Source of the DNA: an uncultured Bacteroidales bacterium
Lineage (GTDB): Bacteria; Bacteroidota; Bacteroidia; Bacteroidales; Paludibacteraceae
DNA: 64,000 nucleotides
Assembly: GCA_900319645.1 (NCBI GenBank)
Contig: ONPG01000008.1
Coordinates: 643-64,642, forward strand
Direction: 5' to 3'
How positions within the stretch are numbered: position 1 is the stretch's first letter; every line of letters begins with the position of its first letter. Shown in pieces: positions 26,701-32,909 of the stretch. A program made the translations under genes and the position numbers. Below the pieces are notes generated by a model. The model saw only the letters and a program-made list of their open reading frames with translations, was not told the DNA's origin and did no database searches.

Positions 26701-28934
26701 ATCTCCTGTACGGTGACATCATCGATGTAGTTGATTGTGTTCTTGCCATTCACATCGCTCCAAACGATGGCAATGATACCTTCGGGACCGTTATAGTTCG
26801 CAAAGTTGGCATAGCACAGGGTATAACCGGTCGAAGCCACCTTGTAATCACTGACAGGGATGAAGGTATTGATATCCAACGGGTTGGTCATGATACCGAG
26901 TGTAGCGTGCGCTTGCGTCGGCGTAGAAGAACCGCTGAGATAGAACTTAACCTCCATACCAGCGAGTGAATCTATCTGCGGCAAGGTAATCCAAGCGTCA
27001 TTTCCGTTGGTCAAAGACAGCGTCAGGCATGACGAACTTGCATGTGCGTTAGAAGTAACCAAGTGAGGCAACTCATCTATATTAGAGAACACGCCCACAC
27101 CTACGGGGTAAGCGATAGCGCTCTCACCGATAGTATAGGTAGTACCGTTCTTCTGCTCAAAATCAATGCTATAAGGCACTTCTTTCTTGCCAGAGATGGT
27201 TACAAACGGATAGCGATACGACCAATCGGAGGTCTGCGCTCCGCTAACAGCCTGTACATACACATAATAGGGACGATTCCAAGAATGATCTGCCTCTAAT
27301 GCCTCGCACAGATAGGAATTGGTAGTCACCGTGGTCTGTGCTACTATTTGAGCAGGAGTAGCTTTAGCAGGATCAACCTCCTCGTTGGTAATCATCACAT
27401 TATAGCTGGACGAAGTTCCTTTCCAGGATATCTTAGCCCAGGTATCACGCGGATTCACGTAGAGGGCAGTCGGTTTCTGCAAATCATCCTTATACTCAAT
27501 AGATATTTCGTCAAGGAAGAAGATGTTCGGTTCATTAAAAGCACTTAAGAATGCTACATATACACCGTTTCCTTTGTAGGATCCAAGATCCACAACATTC
27601 TCCTGGAATGTATTAGCGGCCCAAATACTAACTGTGTCAACCGGAACAAAGGTAGTAATATCCTCTGCATCCTCCATCACACCCACAATAATGCTATGTG
27701 CATAGTTATCACCAGAGAATTCCGCAACCGAGCCCCAGAAGCGAACCCGGCACTGGTTGAGTGCAAACTGTGCATTGGCCGTATCGGCTAAAGCCGGAGT
27801 AGCTACATAGGCATACTTGTTAGCAGGAATAGCATTCGTTGCCTTCGGTTCCAGAACGTTACCACTGGAGAAAACAACGCAGGATGTAGCATTAGGCGAA
27901 TACTTACCACGATCATCCAATTTCAGACCAACGTTGACAAACGGGTTGTAACTACCGGTATTGCCACCCCACGTCCACTCAAGATCACGACGAAGTATAC
28001 CTGCCTCATACGGCATATCAAAACCATAGGAATAAGGCACATTCTTGGTAGCTTTTACACGGAAATAATAGGCACCTTGCTGCTCGGGATCCTCGCTATT
28101 CCACAATGAGTTCTCTGCCTCGCAAATGGAACGCAAATAAATGTAATAGTGTTCACCGGAAACGAGGTTTACTTCTACATTCTGCTTCAATCCGTCAATC
28201 AGGTCGTGATAGACTACTATTCCGAGCGAATCAGGGATGAGATTGATGGTGTCCGGTCCAATGATCTCTTTTGTAATGATCATCTCATAGTTAACCGCAT
28301 CCCAACTGGCGTTCCATGCGACCTTGACTTTGCCGGCACCCAGACTGTTGATACTGATGTCGTGCGGTACGGTACAGATAGGTGCCGAACGCAACTTCAC
28401 ACTGTCCAGCACGATACCGCGCCCCAGATTATCCGTTCCTTCAAAAGCAACCTGATAACTCTCGTTCACCTCAGGAAGCTCCAAACGGATTTTCTGCCAG
28501 TTGGACGCAGCCGAACTGAACTCAGCCAATTTTTTCCACTTGGCATTCTGGCTTGTACGATACAGAACCCGGAGCGTGTCGCGGTCGGCAGTCCATTTCG
28601 GATTGGCATACCAGAACGTCAGTTCAGGTTGATACACCTTTTCCGGACTCAGATCCATCACCTTACTAACAAGTCGGGTGACATAACCTTCCGTCTCTCC
28701 GGATGTGTTACGCAAACAAGCGCGCTTGGAACCTTGATAGACCGTAGCAGGATAAGCAAGATTATCATCCTTGCTCTCTACAACCCACGGGTGGTTTCCC
28801 ACTACGAACTCTTGGGTCCAAACACTGTCCTGAATACCATTCTCGAAACCATCATCAATAACGATGGTTTGGGCATAAACGCCCATCGTTGCAGCTATTA
28901 CAGCCCACAACATTAGGAGTAAATGTTTCTTCAT
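17724..28934 (-). CDS. Giant (3736-aa) multidomain cell-surface protein, putative T9SS cargo/adhesin
   Basis: Uninterrupted 11.2-kb ORF with a signal peptide (MKKHLLLMLWAVIAATMGVYAQ). About 11 iterations of a jelly-roll-like module begin with F-E/D-x...W motifs, and each ends in a hydrophobic-x-(hydrophobic)-D-D/N-(hydrophobic) strand; the first ten are followed by an Fn3-like segment. Then come ~9 Cys-containing ~52-aa repeats and a 77-aa C-terminal tail (..TGIYQVRISDSVGTQYVGRVLVW) resembling a type A T9SS CTD. Confidence 0.85.
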   Translation of the reverse strand: MKKHLLLMLWAVIAATMGVYAQTIVIDDGFENGIQDSVWTQEFVVGNHPWVVESKDDNLAYPATVYQGSKRACLRNTSGETEGYVTRLVSKVMDLSPEKVYQPELTFWYANPKWTADRDTLRVLYRTSQNAKWKKLAEFSSAASNWQKIRLELPEVNESYQVAFEGTDNLGRGIVLDSVKLRSAPICTVPHDISINSLGAGKVKVAWNASWDAVNYEMIITKEIIGPDTINLIPDSLGIVVYHDLIDGLKQNVEVNLVSGEHYYIYLRSICEAENSLWNSEDPEQQGAYYFRVKATKNVPYSYGFDMPYEAGILRRDLEWTWGGNTGSYNPFVNVGLKLDDRGKYSPNATSCVVFSSGNVLEPKATNAIPANKYAYVATPALADTANAQFALNQCRVRFWGSVAEFSGDNYAHSIIVGVMEDAEDITTFVPVDTVSIWAANTFQENVVDLGSYKGNGVYVAFLSAFNEPNIFFLDEISIEYKDDLQKPTALYVNPRDTWAKISWKGTSSSYNVMITNEEVDPAKATPAQIVAQTTVTTNSYLCEALEADHSWNRPYYVYVQAVSGAQTSDWSYRYPFVTISGKKEVPYSIDFEQKNGTTYTIGESAIAYPVGVGVFSNIDELPHLVTSNAHASSSCLTLSLTNGNDAWITLPQIDSLAGMEVKFYLSGSSTPTQAHATLGIMTNPLDINTFIPVSDYKVASTGYTLCYANFANYNGPEGIIAIVWSDVNGKNTINYIDDVTVQEMSKCLPPVNIIMDATSDSVTISWDKSIATAWEFILATKQLTEKQLQDSFEIIAANENILFADTLSWEDAQTNPTFGFDSLDYNTPYYIYVRTLCGEEVTWWVQSSFKTPCPTDFPIPFSENFESYSTGAYEDGFACWQVADYGTGTGYPKILKPSSGAQDGNMLELWSTSTTHRNVAMLPGLAVDYSQVVLSFDARSYGTATKSVVYVGSMGDINDWTSFVAIDTIYMDGGNTFTQVRLDLSNYTLAYNNIAFTSGLGENLEMNSDIYIDNVSIKPNNCIEAWNFEATDIQVNSISIKWDGKATNDQWIVKVMQDTNFIALDTVIGKAYQATGLEPVKLYTFYVQPSCDTIWSTASFRTGCVKLDPNKPNKETFENYPSGTSYNVDYQAPCWTVGNGNPSAATTYIPYIYKTTSYASSGTNCYRLNPTAANSPTWVAAPEIDCNSLTELAVTFSYYGSSSYYILPGVMTDPEDLSTFVVLDSIKCAGSIVTMTMDLSEYADTIPAGAKYFAWRTAYNAAPTIYLDDVSIIKLNCPLPKPSYSGLTSEQVRISAGIRGDNEWLLLVSDTAAFTADQLALINVDSLAKDSAAASHIIYYDTIDVRNKVVTGLKEQTDYYVAVATLCEDGISQWSEFSFKTPCKAVTPEALGTITFSKNDGYVSGSSATRYLPCWTVGNKSGNASLTTSYIPYVYTSSTYLHNKDSVLCVYSYSPTSSTSTKYNGAYAIMPELDVQDISKYQVNFYARAYSTASYGDQLIVGVVTDPSDLNTFVVIDTVTLSHTAYAPYSISLEDYQGDYQQNMGRYIMFTNECSGSVIYNYSFIASISVTPIPTCRPVTEFKVDSVSDRAGMISWKQYSNSYRMMLADKIVADTAKANYQWLVDSIVTKTDSVLITGLEPAQQYYVYAQAMCDGGDSSDISMAYAFFTTLCPEDGFKVPYKQNFEAYATNAKVVDCWQFEDYATATKTYPQVMNPTSGAVDGKQLELWSSSTSHRSVAIMPKVQGNLSDYMLSFDARSYSTTGKSVLYIGTMDDVLDSAAGFAPFDTLYMDNGNVFFHKDLILADYNLVHSRIAFSSGLAEELEMASDMYLDNVRLGMPPSCFAPTLEAGNSSMYSAEIVITPAKEENKKWQLAYVVDSIYTADKFDAEAYLDTTNMIFDADSVVYEIKGLEPGTVYQVYARTVCGGEDGNSEWTSKPTKVRTQYYFKDKYYFGFEKDEGWEFCQGSSSTTYWINPAIGIGYEGGSATTSYTSYYPYQMANTSSAIYAYGPKDNPKNGVLRWQATSTYWGGYAIFPAVDEAHDRSFEFKVRSGYGSYNSTKDTIGISTNYACNVEVGTIDKNKGFETYQVLTTIYLPVIPKVKGGLTEANDWFWTQISLDLDSATVANKQMVIRLPKPSDSSTRYIHFDDVTLGAPKGYGLVSIKNVQAEAKKATVNWSEMGGPWNLYILKENGDTLAKYENLTATSQEVTGLQPQTGYTAVLIAINAPSDTKFKVSDSREFRTPCLPMEANANGEFFWDFDDPTEVVQNDLLAGAAADTAYLKPECFTTGTTYTGSFSNGYQWLWQSKGHDYYSTLGNPSDTYNHREIGYADSYGSLRVYTTSTYVSETVKTYIVLPQLNCDLDTMMIEFWGRCLANQDETAASNAGKIISTLYLGASYCQSLVVGTLTDPNDFSTLQVIDTVTYTYTTSQLTTSTLVSSDPTGNRYWQKMQLPLAGATGKYIVLFQPAYGLFFVDNLKIKAVGDNLFAPSGASTSDVTYNSATFNWTVKHPNIQSVVVLTNQGGDSIILQDTVPGSVTTYTVNTLKPSTGYQWYMYQTNGTINTSTTAYQPFYTECVAVGPDYKNGFELADGWRILPAQTSDTYKQTLCWTYENAGTSAVSTYEYNYANGTSVYSHSGAYALRLYASGTTYQTYAAMPAIEDIAAYDTLQVNFWMRPAYASASTGKISTQYTLGSSAATKEYYYSKSVIVGTMTDPMDATTFVPIDTITYNGTLSTSDYVNEANDFLFQPKKVALTGAQGKYVAFMATLWAKGAENKSTYDYIWIDDVSFSAIQHCETPEELTADEIAATSAKLSWKAPEGAASYILQVSTDYTYANDSAFVFNDTVYSNSAVVDGLKAFTDYVWRVRTICEEDLGESEFSQNANFTTARQPFFVETFGATDLEVGWSFATNPALTVIDSTDVELTGANSTSYGWRRVTTDAGIPGAHYAAVFYSSSATATTDYDYYWMISPTISLEDSTKNAHLTFDMALTACSSTTTPSAAPATDANMADDFTFMIVISEDGGKTWKKENIIGIWNNTFPTGNQLRDIPFAPTSVRFDLAKYAGKNIKVAFYREADTYLSSPYPCAIHLDNIRVNYYDNIVENAQACQYEDIDKIGFHIDGDKSIAGDSIFKRIDMADNFDATTKGYLDSIYTLNVKIFEAPETVIYDTICAGDTYSDENFSGKSRTGVYRRKLQSVEHCDSIVTLNLFVAPIMETTEFDTICYGGVYKWHGKEFNRTGLYTDTLVSIYNCDSIVYLSLTVKDQIVGQEEKTICHGGSLVWNGKVYDKPGDYKDTLQSVSGCDSIVTLTLKMSDIIMGETQKEEICFGNTFTWNGKVYNQTGVYQDTLQALGGCDSLAVLELTVMEMKIGATIRETICHGGTYRWHGKDYDAAGTYQDTLISVQGCDSVVTLVLTIAPMIEGTPVEEAICHGGAYVWNGKRYTQPGTYKDTLLSGAGCDSIATLILYVSDMITGQPLKQSICAGDAYTWNGKVYDIPGEYKDTLQSVSGCDSIAILQLSVVSILPGEPEKATICQGDSYAWNGGNYTEPGMYRDTVPSTAGCDSIISLVLSWYNAEDTIYMRTTITTDDLPFTYENSTYPYAEGQAPISYPMGTEPGTYMDTVLVVGQHCDAVMIHALVVNALEGIEAINTNGVVLRPNVIRAGEQVTAVGNFTGMVDIYVHDMVGRLIKHEKVPAASAVTVSAFNQTGIYQVRISDSVGTQYVGRVLVW
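17958..19409 (-). repeat. In-frame array of ~52-aa two-cysteine repeats (8 well conserved, 1 degenerate) within the giant gene
   Basis: The consensus is ICxGxxYxWxGKxYxxxGxYxDTLxSxxGCDSIxxLxLxV. Repeat boundaries were counted from the translation. The first Ile codon was checked against the nucleotide sequence at 19407-19409. Confidence 0.8.
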
Positions 28935-29107
28935 AAAGATTGTTTGTTAGTTAAACATTATGGTTAATTAGTTTGTGGTTTTGCTTGTGAGTGATGGATG
29001 CAGCTTGTGAGTAACAAGTTTCGCGCGTGTATTGCATGTATTATTTTCTATATTAAGTTGTGCGTATTTCCTATTAACATTTCAGCACGCGCGCACAAAA
29101 TAGGCGA

Positions 29108-29137
29108 CAAAATTACACATTTTATCTCATTTATCAA
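29108..29137 (-). promoter_or_regulatory. Candidate promoter (TTG-N19-TAATTTTG) for the giant gene
   Basis: The minus strand reads TTGATAAATGAGATAAAATGTGTAATTTTG. It would give a ~165-nt leader. No better TAnnTTTG match was found closer to the ATG at 28934. Confidence 0.45.
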
Positions 29138-29353
29138 ACTTTTTGCTCGCAAAAGTGCGATTTTTTTTCTTTTTGTAAACTTAATTTTACATTTTAAAGC
29201 ATTTTGACATTTCTATATGGAGATTTGTAATATAAAATATTTGATTTTGACACTTTTTCGTTCTTTTTATCGTGTTCACACGACGGATTGAAACACTTTA
29301 GTTGCTAATCTTTCTTGGAGGATTTGCTGAGGTTGAGGTTATCTCGTGGTTCG

Positions 29354-29410
29354 CCTAATAACCCAATAATCACCCAATAATAACCCAATAATATCCCAAT
29401 AATATCCCAT
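29354..29410. repeat. Five tandem 11-bp units (CCCAATAATNN)
   Basis: Read directly: CCTAATAA CCCAATAATCA CCCAATAATAA CCCAATAATAT CCCAATAATAT CCCAT. It shares the AATCACCC-type core and the 11-bp period with 7115..7173. Confidence 0.75.
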
Positions 29411-29555
29411 AGGAAGAAAACAAATTATTAACAAAAAGCAAAGGAAATTTGATAGATGGTAATTGAGATTTTATTGTTCGGAGAGGGACGAAGATATTCT
29501 GTGGAGGTATTTATATTGCAAATCAAAAGGAAAGTAGAGTAAATCGTTGGAAAAT

Positions 29556-29586
29556 TTGCATATATCAGGCAAATTTTGTACCTTTG
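29556..29586 (+). promoter_or_regulatory. Bacteroidota-type promoter (TTGCATATAT...TACCTTTG) for the LMW-PTP gene
   Basis: Exact TTG-N20-TAnnTTTG spacing, ~50 nt upstream of the ATG at 29637. Confidence 0.55.
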
Positions 29587-29636
29587 CACCCGATTTCACC
29601 AAGCCAAGCGGAGAATAACTAATTTGAAAATAAAAT

Positions 29637-30125
29637 ATGTCAAAACAAACAAAAATTCTATTCGTCTGTCACGGAAATATCTGCCGTTCGCCGATGGCGG
29701 AGTTTGTGATGAAAAACCTGTGTGTGCAAGCCGGATTATCCGACCGGTTTGTTATTGATTCTGCCGCGGTTTCAACGGAAGAAACGGGGAACGACATCTA
29801 CCCACCTGCCCAGCGCAAGCTCCGTGAAAAAGGTATTCCGCTCACCCACCGTTCAGCACGTCAGATCACGCGTGCAGATTACGATTTTTACGACCACATC
29901 ATCTGTGCCGACTCCTCCAATCTGCGATGGATAGAACGGCTACTCGGTCCGGACAGAGAGCACAAAATAACGCTCCTGATGGAGTGGGTCAACGGAGAAA
30001 AGGCGAATATCTCAGATCCCTGGTACACAGGCGATTTCGAGGCGGCGTACCGGGATATTGACCTGGGTTGCCGGGCGCTTCTCGGAAAACTGACAGAGGA
30101 AGAACAGACGGTCGGCTGCAACTAA
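29637..30125 (+). CDS. Low-molecular-weight protein-tyrosine phosphatase
   Basis: 162-aa ORF with the CX5R(S) P-loop (CHGNICRSP) and the DPWY Asp loop. Confidence 0.9.
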   Translation: MSKQTKILFVCHGNICRSPMAEFVMKNLCVQAGLSDRFVIDSAAVSTEETGNDIYPPAQRKLREKGIPLTHRSARQITRADYDFYDHIICADSSNLRWIERLLGPDREHKITLLMEWVNGEKANISDPWYTGDFEAAYRDIDLGCRALLGKLTEEEQTVGCN

Positions 30126-30139
30126 ATTTACGCTTTTTC

Positions 30140-30170
30140 TTGCGTAATTCAAAAAAAAGCAGTATCTTTG
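30140..30170 (+). promoter_or_regulatory. Bacteroidota-type promoter (TTG-N20-TATCTTTG) for the M13 peptidase gene
   Basis: TTGCGTAATTCAAAAAAAAGCAGTATCTTTG, followed by the same CACCCGATTT seen after the 29586 promoter. Confidence 0.55.
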
Positions 30171-30222
30171 CACCCGATTTTGCGCTCGCATATACGTCGA
30201 GACACATAAAAAATAAACAATT

Positions 30223-32241
30223 ATGAAGAAAATTCTTTTTTCACTTGCAGCAATCATGCTTATGACAACAGCTTGCACCACTCAACAACAGACAACAGGC
30301 ATCGACCTTGCCAATCTGGACACGACGGCCGTGCCTCAAAACGATTTCTATCAGTACGCCTGCGGCGGATGGATGGCAGCCAACCCGCTGACCCCCGAAT
30401 ACAGCCGTTTCGGCTCGTTCGACAAATTAGGGCTCAACAACCTGGAGCAGGTCAACGGACTCATCCAAGGTCTGGCAGCCAAGAAACACCAACAAGGCTC
30501 TGTGGAGCAGAAAATCGGCGACCTGTACAACCTCGCGATGGACACCGCCCGTCGCAATCAGGAAGGCATAGCCGCCGTGCAGAAAACCCTCGATGAAATC
30601 GAAGCAATCCGCACCCGTGACCAACTATCCGAAGTACTTGGCAAAGCCATGGACTACCAGCTTTGGGCGATGTATGTGGATGCCGATGCGATGAACAGCA
30701 CGATGAACATCCTCAACGAGTATCAGGCAGGTTTTGCACTGGGCGAGAAAGAGTATTATCTCGACACGGATGAGCAGACGACCACTATCCGCAACGCCTA
30801 TGTAGCGTACGTAGAGAAACTGTTCGGTCTCTTCGGTTTTAACAACGCAGCCGAGCGTGCTCAGACCGTGCTCCGGATGGAGACACGTCTCGCCAAAGCC
30901 GCTTACAGCAACGTGGAACTGCGTGACCCGCAACGCAACTACAACAAAATGACAGTGGAAGAGTTGCAGAAGTTGGTGCCGCAAGTGGATTGGAAGACCT
31001 ATTTTGCCGCAGTGGGAATCACGCTGGACAGCCTCTCTGTCGGACAGATTCCCCACCTGCAAGAAGCAGGAAAAATGCTTGCAGACGAGCCCCTTGAGGA
31101 TCTCAAGACCCTCTTCACCTGGCAGGTTATCGACGGCGCAACCGGTTGCCTGACCGACGAGATTTACCAAGCCAGCTTTGATTTCTACGGCAAGGTGCTC
31201 TCGGGCCGTGAGGAACCCAGTCCGCTGTGGAAACGCGCCGTGGGTATCGTCAACGGTACACTCGGCGAGGCCGTAGGACAGATGTATGTCAAGAAATACT
31301 TCCCCGAGGAAAACAAGGAACGTATGCTCGCGCTCGTCAAGAACCTGCAGAAAGCCCTCGGCATCCGTATTGAGAACCTCGCCTGGATGTCAGACGAGAC
31401 CAAAGCAAAAGCCATAGAGAAACTCAACGCCATCACTATCAAGATCGGTTACCCCGACACATGGCGCGATTACTCGAAACTGAACATCAACGCTGCCGAC
31501 ACCTACTACGCCAATATCCAGCGTGCTGCCAAGTTTGAGCAGGAATACAGCCTCAGCTACTTAGGCAAACCCGTGGATAAGAAAAAATGGTACATGACTC
31601 CGCAAACGGTGAATGCCTACTATAATCCTTCGTCCAACGAGATATGCTTCCCAGCCGGTATTCTCCAATATCCGTTCTTTGACATGTCAGCCGATGACGC
31701 CTTCAACTACGGCGCAATCGGCGTGGTCATCGGACACGAGATGACGCACGGCTTCGACGACCAGGGATGTCAGTTTGACAAAGAGGGAAACATGGTCAAT
31801 TGGTGGACCGCAGAGGACAAAGCGGCTTTCGATGCACGCACCAAAGTGATGGAAGAAGCCTTCAACCGCATAGAGGTAGCTCCGGGCGTACACGCTAACG
31901 GCGCTTTCACGCTTGGCGAGAACATCGCGGACCACGGCGGATTGCAGGTTTCCTATCTGGCTTTCACCCTCAACGAGGCTTCCAAACCCGAAGCGGAAAG
32001 GCTCCAGACACGTGACGGCTTCACTCCCGCTCAACGTTTCTTCCTTGCTTATGCCAACGTGTGGGCAGGCAACATCCGTCCTGAGGAGATCCTCAACCGC
32101 ACCAAATCCGATCCTCACTCGCTCGGTCGCTGGCGCGTCAACGGTGCACTACCGCAGATCAACGCATGGTACGAAGCATGGAACGTCACGCCGGAGTCCC
32201 CGCTCTACGTAGCTCCGGAGAACCGCGTCTCCATCTGGTAA
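30223..32241 (+). CDS. pepO: M13 family zinc metallopeptidase (PepO / endothelin-converting-enzyme-like) lipoprotein
   Basis: 672-aa ORF with a signal peptide and a Cys (MTTAC). It carries the HExxH motif (HEMTHGFD) and ENIADHGG, both typical of M13. Confidence 0.9.
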   Translation: MKKILFSLAAIMLMTTACTTQQQTTGIDLANLDTTAVPQNDFYQYACGGWMAANPLTPEYSRFGSFDKLGLNNLEQVNGLIQGLAAKKHQQGSVEQKIGDLYNLAMDTARRNQEGIAAVQKTLDEIEAIRTRDQLSEVLGKAMDYQLWAMYVDADAMNSTMNILNEYQAGFALGEKEYYLDTDEQTTTIRNAYVAYVEKLFGLFGFNNAAERAQTVLRMETRLAKAAYSNVELRDPQRNYNKMTVEELQKLVPQVDWKTYFAAVGITLDSLSVGQIPHLQEAGKMLADEPLEDLKTLFTWQVIDGATGCLTDEIYQASFDFYGKVLSGREEPSPLWKRAVGIVNGTLGEAVGQMYVKKYFPEENKERMLALVKNLQKALGIRIENLAWMSDETKAKAIEKLNAITIKIGYPDTWRDYSKLNINAADTYYANIQRAAKFEQEYSLSYLGKPVDKKKWYMTPQTVNAYYNPSSNEICFPAGILQYPFFDMSADDAFNYGAIGVVIGHEMTHGFDDQGCQFDKEGNMVNWWTAEDKAAFDARTKVMEEAFNRIEVAPGVHANGAFTLGENIADHGGLQVSYLAFTLNEASKPEAERLQTRDGFTPAQRFFLAYANVWAGNIRPEEILNRTKSDPHSLGRWRVNGALPQINAWYEAWNVTPESPLYVAPENRVSIW

Positions 32242-32279
32242 ATCATCTTTTTCAGAACAATCAAACGATATACAGCTCT

Positions 32280-32867
32280 ATGTTTTCTGAACGTGACACC
32301 AAAGGCCCGAGCCTGCGCAGAGGCTCAATCGAAGTTGTTTGCGGATCGATGTTCTCCGGCAAAACCGAAGAACTCATCCGCCGTATGAAACGCGCCAAGT
32401 TCGCCAAACTGCGTGTGGAGATTTTCAAACCCGCTATCGACGTACGTTACAGCGAGGCGGACGTGGTGAGCCACGACCGCAATGTGATCCAATCGACCCC
32501 CGTGGACAGCAGTCAGAGTATTCTCCTGATGGCCAACGATATAGACGTAGTAGGCGTGGACGAGGCTCAGTTTTTTGACATGGGCATCGTCGAGGTTTGC
32601 AAGCAACTGGCAGACAGGGGCATACGCGTCATCGTGGCAGGCTTGGACATGGACTACCGAGGTGTTCCCTTCGGTCCCATCCCGGCGCTGATGGCGATCG
32701 CTGATGACGTCTATAAAACCCACGCTATCTGCGTGCATTGCGGTGATCTCGCCTATGTGAGCCACCGCCTCGTGCAGAGCGACAAACGGGTTCTTCTGGG
32801 AGAGACCGAGAGCTACGAACCGCTATGCCGCGCCTGCTACAACAAAGCGATAACAGCGGAACAGTAA
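32280..32867 (+). CDS. tdk: Thymidine kinase
   Basis: It has the P-loop GSMFSGKT and C-terminal zinc-ribbon cysteines (CVHCG...CRAC). The start was moved to the ATG at 32280, because the ORF-track start at 32166 overlaps pepO. Confidence 0.92.
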   Translation: MFSERDTKGPSLRRGSIEVVCGSMFSGKTEELIRRMKRAKFAKLRVEIFKPAIDVRYSEADVVSHDRNVIQSTPVDSSQSILLMANDIDVVGVDEAQFFDMGIVEVCKQLADRGIRVIVAGLDMDYRGVPFGPIPALMAIADDVYKTHAICVHCGDLAYVSHRLVQSDKRVLLGETESYEPLCRACYNKAITAEQ

Positions 32868-32909
32868 TAACCTTTCAATCGACCGATCGTAACTTACATT
32901 GATGTCATA

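Noticed and set aside
32166-32279. N-terminal extensions offered by the ORF track (tdk from 32166; also tsaE from 53274, 53714, 54586, 55586, gldH-like from 37312, 435-aa gene from 60890)
   Set aside because: Each extension overlaps the preceding gene or a predicted promoter element. Each is followed by an internal ATG that gives a sensible N-terminus such as a signal peptide or P-loop spacing.
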